A model generated the notes under the pieces. The model saw only the letters and a list, made by a program, of their open reading frames with translations, was not told the origin of the DNA and made no database searches. This document shows, piece after piece, positions 37,052 through 59,247 of a stretch of 64,000 nt of DNA (position 1 is the first letter of the stretch; each line of letters starts with the position of its first letter). The DNA comes from Pocillopora damicornis (lineage: Eukaryota): assembly GCF_003704095.1 (NCBI RefSeq), contig NW_020845647.1:496001-560000 (forward strand), given 5' to 3'. Made by a program: the position numbers and the translations under genes.

Positions 37052-39851
37052 GATGGCAGCAAAAGCGGTGATGTTCCGTCCGTAACTTGATTCAACTGAG
37101 GGCTATGTAAAGTATTTCGGCGCGGTTGATACGTGACGAGTGACAATCAGAGTTTATCGCCGCACATTCGATACACATTAGTGCTCTCCGAAGCGTATCC
37201 CAACCGGCCGGATAAAACACGTTATGACGACCATTCAGCTGGCTATTGTCACGTCGTTAATACGTTCTTATTTTATAAATAAATAGTGGACGCAACACCC
37301 GTCACTTCTACGTGTGATGATCTCAACTTCAATCAAATAGAAGCGAGCAAAAACACAATAGTCCTCAAAACGAACAATAAAAGCGCAAAATGAAAACTCT
37401 CTGACAAAGTATGGACGATTTTTGTTCAAAATATCCTTGCCGTGTTTTTGAACAATTATGTTAAAAGACACGAATAGCTTTAATGTCAAACTTCTCCGAG
37501 CCACAATGGCATATTCCGTGTCACCGTCCCAAAAGAATTTATCGTCGCTACTAAATACAACTATCTTTTCTGGGAAAACAAAAGTGAAAATCACATCAGA
37601 ATTTTCAACAAAACCAACGTAATGCAAAATTACTTACTCAAAGCAACGAGGGAAAAATTATTTAATCAAATTTTGATGGTATCTTTCATCCTTTCGATTA
37701 CATATTTTTTGAAGAGAAATTCTTAATAATGGCCTAGAAAGGATGTTTAATGAAGCATCTGGCACAAACTCTAGAGAACATGCAAAGAAATATTTACAAT
37801 TCCCGTTTCGCTGAAGTATAAAACAAATAAAATCGAAGTGCACGAAGTCAACAGAATGAATGAATATTTAATTGTTTTTGACAAAAAATTATGCTAAATA
37901 AATGAGTGACCTTGCATTTGATGAAGCGACGGAACACGGACAAGCCACTAAGTAGATAGTAGTTCATTATGAACAACTTTTCGACAAGACGCATTTTTTA
38001 AACTTCTACAACAGATGACAAATAGTTGATAGACTTTCAGTTTTTATCACGCGACAGTTACATTTAAATAGTTGTTCTGGAGAATAGAAATGTAGCTATA
38101 CCGTGGAAGCTTCAAATGAAAACGCATAGTACCAAGGTGTGTCATTAACAACTTTGAATGCAATGTTCTTTGCCAGCTTCACAAACAAATGACCTAGCTT
38201 CTTAAAATTTTCCCAATCATAATTTTCATAACTGCCATTTCACAATGGACACCTTAACAAAGCATTCACTCATTACAATAGAAACACTAACGAAGATTTT
38301 CTGGGACTATCAAACACATATCAACAAACTCCCTCTCTCATGGCGACCTCTATTTTGGGAAGCAGTTTTTTAAACGAGGTATTTTGTGTGCTTAACTGAC
38401 GGGTCCAGCTTAATTTTATTTCGCCAATATAACACCGAAACATTTCAAAAGTTCAATCACGCTAACGCTGTAAACGCACCATAAGCTTTTGGCAACATGC
38501 TGGTCAAATTGTATAAGTACACCATCTTTGTTTTCCCACATAAAAGCACCCAGCACAATTAAAAGTATTGAGTGAAGTATCGAGGACCTTCACACGATAA
38601 TCACAGGAAATGAATGTTACGCATGGGACGCCCTGACGAAAAATCAGAAGCTCGCTTGATTGCGGAAAGACAATAATTTAAAGGAAAATTTGCTGATCTC
38701 CTTTTCCTGTCTTCCGACACCTTTCGTGACTACTAATTTCACACGCATCAAACTGTAATTCGAATCTAACGATTTCCCAAATAAATTACCATTTCTGTCC
38801 TTTTAGCGCGAACCACCCGCAAGTTAGCTTCATTAACATGTCAACTTTAAAACAACTTGCACATTTAATACAAACATATATCTGATAACTCTGTGTTGAA
38901 AGTGCTAAAGTGCGCGTGAGATTTAAAACGTGACTTCTACAAGCGTTTCACCAGAGTGAGTAACGCCGTACGTGATGCATTGGAAATGTTTACATTGAAC
39001 TCACTTGATGTTTTTTTCTTATCTAGAAATTTACTGATATTAGCTCTAGTGTCGTCAAGTTATGCTCTGATGCAATCTGACATAACAACCTAAAAGTTTC
39101 AGTCATTTCCGAGACGATTCCTCCAAGAAACCAAATTGATTTAGTTTACAAGGTCAAGGTTTTTCTGATAAAAAAAGAGCGGAAAATCGACTTGAAATAA
39201 AAACAAACTAATTCTTTGATGGAAATGTTCGTGTTCTAAGTACCATTAGGCAATATTAAAAGCGTCAAAGACGATAAAAGCAGCTTTAAAAATAACATTT
39301 CCTTTTAATCAAACATCGGTTATCAGAGAAATTGAAAATATCGTGATGGCGACGAGATACTGGTCTCACGAAATTAAAATTGAGTTACTTTCCACCTTAA
39401 GAAGGAAAAACAATTGCAAGCCTTGCGAACAATTCCGGTCACTAAGAGCGTTCTCTTAAACGAAAAGAAAAAATAGTGGCCAAAAGAAGCGTAAACCAAA
39501 AGACAAAAACTGAAACAAGCATTTCATTACTTCAGATATTCAGTTTATGATACGGTAGCGGGTTTTATTGCAGCAATAACGATTCAAACAGAAACGTTTT
39601 GCTGCAAAGGGTTATACTTAATATCGATGATACTGCGACATCAAAATATAATTATAAATACCTTCTCTGCTCAATTGTACATACCATTCTTCTGAAACAA
39701 TTTGACAGTTATCGACTTCAAATGCGTAAAATAAAAAAAAAAATTACATAGTAGGCCCTAACACTCATCATTTAAAAAAGAAATATCGACTCTCAGGTCT
39801 TTTATTGACAGGAAAGGTACAAACAGAAAACACACAACTATTTTCAACGGT

Positions 39852-50121
<10,270 letters not shown>

Positions 50122-50128
<7 letters not shown>

Positions 50129-50203
50129 TTTGAAAGCTTTCTTCAGCTATCCATCCAAGCCTTATCACTACGAGCGGCTACTAAGCGTAATTCAAAATGG
50201 CGG
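50122..50203. promoter_or_regulatory. Ultra-compact PRMT5/PYURF bidirectional start region
   Basis: ATGs at 50128 (-) and 50197 (+), 68 bp apart, both in the identical context TTCAAAATGGCGG (YY1/TISU-like). Confidence 0.75.
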
Positions 50204-51570
50204 GAGCTTCGCTTTGGGGAATCACATTCAAGAATATTCCAAAGAAACCAGTTTCTTTCATTCACATCGCATCTTGTCGATGCTTTAGCGTAGGGAAGCA
50301 ACGGAGACATCAAGATAATACCCAGTTCGACCAAAAGTTGTTAAAGATCTTAGTTTGTCCATTGACAAAGAAGCCATTGAGGTGTGTAATTGAATCATTG
50401 CAGTGAAAAGTTAAACTCCCTTCGAGTATAAAGAACCTAGCGGATTAAGAACCTGATGCCAGGAATTTTCCAGTTTAATACCGAACATCAAAAGAACCTG
50501 TTTAGCTAAGTAAGGTCAACCAGGTTCTTATATATGTGGGTTACAGCTTAGTTCAGTTACGTGAAACATTTCAACCAAAGACTTTGACTTTGAGATTTCT
50601 AATAATTGATATTCAAAATTAGTAACAAACTATAACTGCTATTAAAAGTAATATTTTCTCAAACAAAACGAGATCATGTCAAGTACAGACTTTATCTCTT
50701 TCGTACAATTCAAGTCTAATTAAGAACCGACTCAGACTGAAAAAGGTGTAGGTTCTTACACACAAGTTTAATTAATACAATACACGAAGATATGCCAAAC
50801 AAAACTTTTCTCATTACACACCTGGATGTCTATGGCCTCTGGTCCAAGCTTCGTGGAGAAATCCTTCGTTAATATGATAGATGCAGTAGAACCCTGCTAA
50901 CTCAAACTCAGTTAACTTAAACCCCCATGTAACTCAAACAAGATCTGTTTTCCCTTGAAGCCATCTCTTCAGTCATTTACTGTCAACAAGCTGAAACCCT
51001 CACTGACTCAAAGCATTTTTTTGTTTTCCTTGGGGGTTTGAGTTAGCAGGGTTCTACTGAAAATTGCTATATTCTTTGGTTTTTGTTATTGGATGCTTTT
51101 TGGTGTGATGCTGAAGTGTCCTGTATTCAAGTCAAAGAATTATCAAAACTATGTTAGGCCAGAAATTGTTGTGGCCCTCGTCTTTTACATCAGTTGATTA
51201 ATTGCTTATGATTCCCAACCCTTCATTGGTGAGTGCAGGAGCAGGAAGTCAAATACTTGGTTGATCAAACCACAAAGATTTATCAGTTTACCAATCAATA
51301 CAGTCGGCTTAAATTCATGTTAGAAATTCTCTTCCTTTATTCCAAGGAACTCAGGGTAAGAGAGCTGTGATTTAATTTATTGGCAATTTATTTATGGTTG
51401 ATTATTTATTACCCAGGTATGACAATGCAAGAAATGAGCTGATTTCTGATGACATTGGAGTTGCATATTCAATACAAAATGGTATTCCAAATTTAATACC
51501 TCATGATGGACGGCTCATTAAAAAAGACAACACAACATTAAGTGTGAATGAATCAAACCAAGACTCATGA
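50197..51570 (+). CDS. PYURF: Protein preY, mitochondrial (Trm112-like), 2 exons, 112 aa
   Basis: Exons 50197-50381 and 51417-51570 (phase 2). A basic presequence-like N-terminus, then FDQKLLKILVCPLTKKPLR|YDNARNELISDDIGVAYSIQNGIPNLIPHDGR. Confidence 0.92.
50884..51059. mobile_element. Pogo/Tigger-like MITE in PYURF intron
   Basis: Perfect 24-bp terminal inverted repeats CAGTAGAACCCTGCTAACTCAAAC / GTTTGAGTTAGCAGGGTTCTACTG. Confidence 0.8.
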
Positions 51571-51969
51571 AATCATTATCACTGAAGAAAAATTAGTTCT
51601 GGTACTCAAGTACCATAATTTTGCTGATATGTGTATATTTATATAAATTTAACATTTTGTACTGTCTGATCATTAGAAAGACCAATTTCTGTCTATTAGT
51701 TTGTCAACATCCAGGGTGTTCTTACATATACTGATGCCTTTGGTTAGAGTTGAGAGGAACGGAATTCGTTTTTCAAATCAATCTTACAAAGTGAAATATA
51801 TTAAAGAGAATTTGGTATTACATTTGATGTGATAAGCAGAGTGAAAGTTTTCCTCTGTAGCCTTGTTAATCCTCACAATCTTGCAGGATGGCAATTTTTT
51901 TACATTGCAGAAACATATTTTTGGGGTTTAAGAAGACTGAAATTTCTGACGACTAAGTTTGAAAGTCTC

Positions 51970-52181
51970 TTTACCCTTTAAGTCCCACTAGTGACCAAGA
52001 CAGAATTTCTCCTTACATTATCAGTACAATATCAAGCAGACAAGCAATGAGACTAAAGAAAAATATCAATTAAGGGATTATTTGTTGATCCAATTCCAAA
52101 TTCTCCAAACTAACATCACAAATTTTTTAGCAGACAGTAAGCAGAATATTACTCATGAAATCTTGGGAGTTAAAGGGTTAA
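51970..52181. mobile_element. TTAA-type MITE
   Basis: TTTACCCTTTAAGTCCCA...TGGGAGTTAAAGGGTTAA inverted ends. Confidence 0.7.
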
Positions 52182-52500
52182 GACACAGAACATTACATAA
52201 CAAGAGAGGAAACAATATTTTTAAAATTTTATTAGTTGTTTGGTCATATAATAGTGTTATACTGTACAGTGTAAATAATCTTTATTGAACTATTTTGAGT
52301 TAATTCAAGCACAAAAAAATATGAAGTGACATATAAGCTGCATGCAGAATTGGTTACCAAAATAAAGGAAAAAATTTGTTGCAGAAATTTATTGTGCAGT
52401 ATTTTTTAATAAAGGATTTTTTTTTCAGTTAAGGACAAAGATCTAAAAAATTTCAACTGTGAAAGATTCCCATGCTACACAGCAGCCATAAAAGCTTTTG

Positions 52501-52706
52501 TAACCTTCTATAACCTATGATCAGATCTATATTCTCCACACTCCTCTTCTTACATTTCCATTGGTACTGACAAGGAGAATTTGTTTATCAATCAAAGCTT
52601 CTTAAGTTGGTGATCATTTCCTTTATTCTCCTGATTTAAATGAAGATTTAGCAGTATTATGGTGAGGAGAAATTAGACTCTGGTCACTCAGGATTTCAAG
52701 GGTTAA
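52501..52706. mobile_element. TTAA-type MITE
   Basis: TAACCTT...CTGACAAGGAGAATTTGTTT...GGAGAAATTAGA...AAGGGTTAA; same family as 34042 and 41137. Confidence 0.65.
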
Positions 52707-52821
52707 GAAAAAATAGAAATTGCTTATCAAATGAACATAGTATGTTTGCATGGCAACAATACTTGCCGCCATTTGTAGGAGATAGCAGAGAGAGAGAGGT
52801 TGGAACTAATTTAACTCTGAT

Positions 52822-55800
52822 TTAACTTCTAGTGAAGTCATCTGCCAATATATCATCAAGATGTGCAATATAGTTGATAGCATACTTCAGTATTTTTATC
52901 TTTGGTAGCTTTGTGTCACATTGATACCCTGGAATCAACTGTCTGAGATCTTGGTAAGCACTATTCAATTGTGCAACTCTCCTACGCTCATGCTCATTTG
53001 CTAAGAGCCTGTTCAGTTTTGTCCTTTGCCTACCCTTCATTTGATAATCCTCCTTTCCTTGCTTCCAGTCTTCCTCTTCTTCAGCTAGAACAAAATCATT
53101 GCTGTAAGTTCTTGGCCGGCGAGATGTCACTACCCTTGTGTTATATGGCTTTGTGTTACTGTCCCTGGATCCCTTCTTTGATTTTGTCTGTGGTATCTTT
53201 TTTGCTTCATGGTTAGATGCTTTTCTTTTAACCTCTGCAGATTGTTTTTTGTGCTTTTTGTGGTTGGTCAACCCATCTTTTTCTTGACAAGTTTGTTCAA
53301 ACTCTTCATATTTATTAGTTTTTCTTTGGGAGAGTAGAACATCACCACACACAATAGTCTCTGACTCTGGGGACTCTTGTTTAATTTTTTCTCTAGGAGG
53401 TGAATCATCAAGCTTTGTTTTTTCCGTAGTAGAATCCATCCCAGTTTTATGTTCATGATTTAAACTCTTTTTACTGTCCTCCTTTGTCAACATGTCATTG
53501 CTTTTAACAGGTGTCAGTTTTATTTTCTTTGTTGGAAGTTCTTTCCTGATTTCATCTTTATCCTCCTTCAAAGCAGCATTTGGAAACACCTCTACTTCTT
53601 CTGTCTTAACAAATTTTGGGTTGTTCTCTAATCTCACACCAAACATGGTACTGCAGTTACCAACATGAACTGAGGTTAAGTTGTCATCTACCTTATCATT
53701 TTCTTCTATTATATGAACATCAAGTCTTTCCACTGGACAGGACAATGGTTTGGAACTAAATGGACCAAATTGATGTGAGAAAATCCCATTACAGCCACTG
53801 TCATAATTCATGTTCCTATGCCATAGAGGTACTTGCAGTTGTGTAACATTTGTGAGAAATTTTTGGGATGTCAAACAGCACAAACAACTCGAAGGTTCTC
53901 CAAGTTTTCCGTGAAAATACCCACAACAATGAGTATTGACACACTCAGAGGCACATTTAACCCAAGCTTCTGGTGTTTCTGGGAAAGTTCCTGGTCTGTT
54001 TAACAAGCATGCAGCATTTGTGTGATCCCAGTGGTGTTTTCTTCCCAGTGTGTTGTAAGGAAAATGTTGTGGATGAAATTGCGTGGTCTGACAGGAAGGT
54101 ACAAATTTTTCTTTCTCTTCTGAGCTGTTGGAAGGATCTCGGGTTTTTTCAGTGACATCTGGGGGGTCAAAATAAAATATATTTATAAATGATTGTGTAA
54201 CTTCTCTGTATGAAACTCATGATTCCAACAAGATTTTAAAAAATTATAGATTTTGAACAAGAGGCTGGGTCTTAACATTATTAGTCATTAATTGATGTTT
54301 CCCTGGAAATTGTTTCACCATTATCAGAGGATACTCAATTCCAAATAGTCCCTCAGACCTGGAAAATTCCTTTTCTAGATTTATTTCAATGTTATTTTTC
54401 TCTCCTACAATTATTATTGAGTTTAACTTTATTATTTCTTGTTTGGCACAGATGCTCATTTTATTTGCTTAACTTAATTTTTGCCCTGATTACCCTATGT
54501 GTTAAGAGTGAATTTCCCATTATGCACGCACTGTGTGCCTACAAGGGCGTGCCTAGATGGGGGAGGGCGTGGTCTAGGCGTGATGGGAGTTGCTGAGAAT
54601 TCAGTTCCTGCAACATTTCTCTGCAATTTCTTTCTTCCCAATAAGTAGGAGGAACCTGACACAAATTAACACGACTCTTGTAAGATCCAATTTTTGCAAA
54701 ATGCTATGACTACCAAACATTTATCTAAATCGCAAAAAACTTTTTAAATCGATTATTGGACTCTCTTCGATCTTTGATAATCAACTTTTTGGTGGTAACC
54801 TTGAATGTATTTGAAGTATTCTTATCTCGTACCCAGATTCTACTGTGTACCTGTAACTGAAATGTAGACTTGGCTGTGGAAGGCTTGGGGTATCCTTATC
54901 ACAAAGAGGGTCTCAATGGGGTTAACCGTAAGTCATAAAAAAAAGTTAACCGTAAAAGAAAATTATAGTAACCGTAAGCCGTAAAATGGCCACAATTTTA
55001 ACCGTTTGCCGTAAAAGCCATCACACTTTTGCGACCCTCCACAAAGCTAAGGATATGTCAACCTGGTTCCGTGATCACAGTGATGCGCGAAACATACTTT
55101 GCGTTCCCTAGCGTGAAAAAGAAACCACAGCTGCATGCGTACGAATTGAGCGATACGGGCGTGTTTTCAAACATCCGTAATCGTTCTTTTTTCCTTTGAA
55201 CAAGTCAATCAGGTGGAGGATCAAGGCAATAGAGGATTTAATTAAACTACGAAAAAAACCTGCCCTTGAAAAAAATTTGAGAGGTTTTCTTTTTTTTCCT
55301 TTTCAATTCCCTGGTATGAACAGCAATCCTCTGAAATCGATTGTTAATCTGGCACCGGGTCAAAACAGAAGATATTAAACATCTTCAACAGAACAGGATA
55401 AGAAATTTTTTGCTTTGCAGGCGGTCGGAAATTGTTTTTGAATGTAGCATATGCAAATCTCACTGTACAAACAACACACAGGTACATGATAAGGTCGCCA
55501 GAGAAATTTACTCTTATCGGAGATGATTTCCATCGATCGCCTGTCTCGTATTTTTACGAGGCTACAGTTACAATTGAAGGTAGTCCTGGTAATCTAACGC
55601 TATCGCCGGGTCTGAGGTTTTCTGAATTTAACCTTTTCCTAAAAAAAAACTTTCACTTCTCGATCATGAAATCTAAACATCAGATATTAATAACTTAATT
55701 CTTCGACAAAATATATTTGAAAAAAAAAAAGATTGCCCGTCTTGCTGCTGGTTAGAAGTGCATATAAATGAGTTTTAAAAAAATCTGAGATCGCTTCTTC

Positions 55801-58394
55801 AGAGAAAGTCTAACCATTATGATCAACATGTTATTGGCAACTCAACACACGCGAGATTTCCTGTAATGAAAACAGCTTCTTAGAATACCAGATGGAAATA
55901 AAACGCCGGCAGGGTGAACTGTAAGACGAACCATCTGGACGAAGCAGTTCTCTATTGTTCTTTTACTGTGAATACTGAACTGGTTTGGGTTTTAGAGGCC
56001 AATTGTCTGCCTAAACGACTTGTTAACTAATAGCAATAAAAAGATTTGGTTGCTTAAAGAACCCATTTCAATACCAGAAAGCCATTTAAAATGCGGATAA
56101 AAACCCAGCTGTTTTCGTTTGTAGTTCCTTATCAAAAAATATAAAATTCTTGTCATTGTTGATCAATGGCTGTTTTCACTGACCCAGTTCACCTTTTAAA
56201 CCGATGCGGCATCGGAGATCACACGAAAAATCGATTTTCCATCTGTTATAGCATCGTTTCCCTGTGCCTACTTAAAACGCTTTGTGCGTTCAAACAATCT
56301 ACGAATTAGAAGAAGGAACACGTTCACAGTAAGAATGGTTTCCCAGTAGCACAGTTGTTGCAGCCTGTCTTCCCAAATGTGAAGAAAAATCGGATTTTTT
56401 TCCCTTGACTTTTCGCTCTTAACATGAATACAATATGACATGTTAAACCCATCTTTTAAAAAATTTCCCTTTATTGGTGACTTTCCACAATCTTTCAAAA
56501 CTTGAATAGTACGTTGAGGAAAACAACGAGAAAGTTCCTTTCACAATGCGTCATTGGATGAAATTCAACATGAGAAACAACACCGCTTTCTGAGTGATTC
56601 AATAAAATATTTTTTATTGTTTAATAAAGCCTAAGCATGAACATCTGTTCAGATAAGAATACATCTTCAACGGCCAACAAAAATTATTTATTTTGCATTT
56701 AAATTTTCCTTGGAAGAAAGAAACACCTATGTTTTCCGGTCAAAATTGAACAGGTTTTCTCAGAAAATATTGACGAAAATTGTCACTGTGATAAAACCCC
56801 TTTGCAATTCTTATCTTCGAAGGTTTTGGACAATTTTGAGTCAAGGTTTTCGAGTAAATGTCATCTATTGAAAACTTAAATTAACATAGCAAATAAAACA
56901 TTGTCATTCAATCGTATTTCTCCGATGTCCTCTTCATTTGAAAACGAAAATTTGCTTTTATTCCATTACCAACATCATTAGCAAGCTCCTTAATGTCTAT
57001 CCTTGGTACATTAACATATCATAAATACGAGGTAAAAGTCGCAAAGCGTTGATTTTTACAACGTTTACTCGAAATTTGTGTTTATCATTCAACACATAAC
57101 AAATCTCGCAGAAAAGAAATACACACACAGCGGCGCGTATTCACTGATACTGAACTGTCCGCGAATAAATTTCATATCTATTCGCTTTTCCGATAGATAT
57201 TTTTTAGAAAAATCCCGCGGTAAAAGGCGTGAGCCAGGATACTGGGTAGCTGTCGCCGTTGATATCGACACCATTGCACTCGAATTTCATCCCATTTTAT
57301 TAAAATTTGTGCCTTTTTCGATTGTTGCCGCTAGAAAACACATGTCACTGTAGAGCAGTGTTGCTTCGAGCCGAGCCGCGGGCATACAACCCCCTGCATG
57401 GTCCATTTAATATTTCCCGCGCAACTTACCGCTTTAATTTTTTTTCTTGTCGCGAAAGTCCCGCTCGGTTTATTAACAAATTTAGACGCTTTTTCGCTCA
57501 GCAATTTCGGAAATTCTGTCTTCCTTTGGACTACTTTTTCTCGGCTTCTTTTTGTTGCTATTTATGGGACTACAATTCAATCCCTCCATGAACAGCTGTG
57601 AAATTAAGGTTTCATCTGTTTACAGAACCGTTTTAATTTATGGCTAAATTCATAAAACAACATTTCCATTGCTTTTCGCGTTGAAGTTGCTAGGGATCAA
57701 TCATTTCTAGCGATCGAGGGCTCTAGTTTTTTGTTTTATTTTTCGCAAAAATAGAATGCCGAATTTCACACAATGTCGACTCTCTTATTGTAGCTGTGAG
57801 ATTTAAAATAGAAAATAACCACCGGGTCCGGCGCATTTTGAAAACATCTGCCAAACGTCTCCCAGGTGTGTGTATATTAAAATTACTGTTACTTGCAAAA
57901 GTGCTAATAAGAAAACCACCGTCCTGAAGATTTCTAGAAAATCTAAAAATCACTTTCAGTGCCTAGCAAACCGTATAAATGCCCGTTTTCTGGGGTGCAA
58001 AACCATGGATGAATATCACACAAATATGGTCTGGTACTTTAACTGATGAAATTTCCCCAATAGAGGGAAATAATGACAGCGTAGGCAAGTCGGAAAACTT
58101 GAATTAATTAAAGCAATCCCTTCTCTTGAAGTACAATCCTACCAGAATTGCGAGGCTTTGGTGATTTCACATCGTATCACCGGGTGGACGTTAAAATTGA
58201 GAAGCCGACCGTGCATGTTGACATTTGAACTATCCCAATCGACCGACCAAGAACTGCGAACTGTATATCTTCGTTCGAGAACACGTGTGGATTTAAGAGA
58301 GAAAATAGTCAAGTTGACTCGCTAACTTACCGGAATCGAGCGTGGAATTTGCATCGGCGCTCTTTCGTCTTTTCACAAGAAACGAGCGAGGCAT
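52822..58394 (-). CDS. Group A bHLH transcription factor with N-terminal SNAG motif, 2 exons, 466 aa
   Basis: Exon 1, 58394-58331, encodes MPRSFLVKRRKSADANSTLDS plus G|GTAAGT (phase 1). Exon 2, 54158-52822, follows TTTTATTTTGACCCCCCAG| and is open with phase 1 (G+AT=Asp). C-terminal bHLH RLLANEHERRRVAQLNSAYQDLRQLIP...KLPKIKILKYAINYIAHLDDIL (about 53010-52846). The ORF-track start at 54006 is a TTG. The bHLH exon is near certain; the join is inferred. Confidence 0.85.
54906..55039. mobile_element. 134-bp MITE with 6-bp target-site duplication
   Basis: Inverted ends GAGGGTCTCAA / TTGCGACCCTC, flanked by CACAAA at 54900-54905 and 55040-55045; internal AACCGTAA repeats. Confidence 0.75.
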
Positions 58395-58499
58395 GATCGC
58401 CGGCGAGAATAAACTTGTGGGCCTTATTGACGACCCGTCTCTAGCACAGCTTGCTTCAATCTTGGTTACAGACGATAGCGCTCAGAATTCAAGGTCTTC

Positions 58500-58561
58500 G
58501 ACGTCAGATATAAATAAACTCACGGAGCCTCACTTTGACACATGGGACCAGCAACTTCCGG
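58500..58561 (-). promoter_or_regulatory. Candidate core promoter of the SNAG exon
   Basis: Minus strand: ETS-type CCGGAAGT (58561-58554), TATA-like TATTTATA (about 58516-58509), TGACGT; no ATG between this and the SNAG ATG. Confidence 0.5.
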
Positions 58562-59247
58562 TTGGGGGTTCAAGTCCTGTTGCTTAAATCTTAACTTCGA
58601 GCGTTCAAAAGGAAAAGGACTTAAAGAGGATAAAAATTCCCAATCTCCAATTGTTTATTTTCGTGCTTACCGTTGATATCGTTCCTAATCGTTTTTTTAT
58701 TTTCGCATGAAAAGGGGCTACGTGAATACATTACGCGAACCGGAACCGGAAATTTACAACAGACAGTTTCATTTCCTGTCATTGTACTGCATGGTAAGCG
58801 GGAATTGCAAAACAGAAAAATAAAAATAAAAAATACGAACAGACAAAAACAAAATTAAGAGAGAAGAAAAGAATCTTTTGGATAAATAGAAATGTTTGCA
58901 CAGTTTCCTACGCGAATTTGAAGTCGAAATAAATGCACAAACTTCGGGAAAAAAAAAAGCAAGGGCGACCTCCCAAGTTTCCCACGTTGATCAGTTTTTT
59001 TTTGGTAAGCTTATTTTCGGTTCAACAATAAAGCGTGTGTATCTGTTAGTAAACATGGATTGGAGAGTACACCTGTTTTCACGAGAATTTCCTTTCACGT
59101 TTGTTGTAAACTGCAAACATGAGATGTTGGAGTTCACTGATTAATTTTGAACTGAGAATCAATGATGATCATTTATTACTACTCTACTCTGCAGTCTAAT
59201 TCTAACTTGGTACTTCTGCTTTCCTGAGCCTAGTCATGATAATGTGT

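Noticed and set aside
51571-52200. PIGY second cistron downstream of PYURF, as in the vertebrate bicistronic mRNA
   Set aside because: No ORF resembling PIGY (two TM helices ending in a W.G.KLFRHN-like tail) is visible; the region is AT-rich UTR plus a MITE.
54004-54006. ORF-track start of the bHLH protein
   Set aside because: It is a TTG; the frame stays open upstream to a splice acceptor at 54158.
54920-55020. CRISPR-like array (AACCGTAA repeats)
   Set aside because: Repeats are short and irregular, lie inside a MITE, and the context is eukaryotic with no cas genes.
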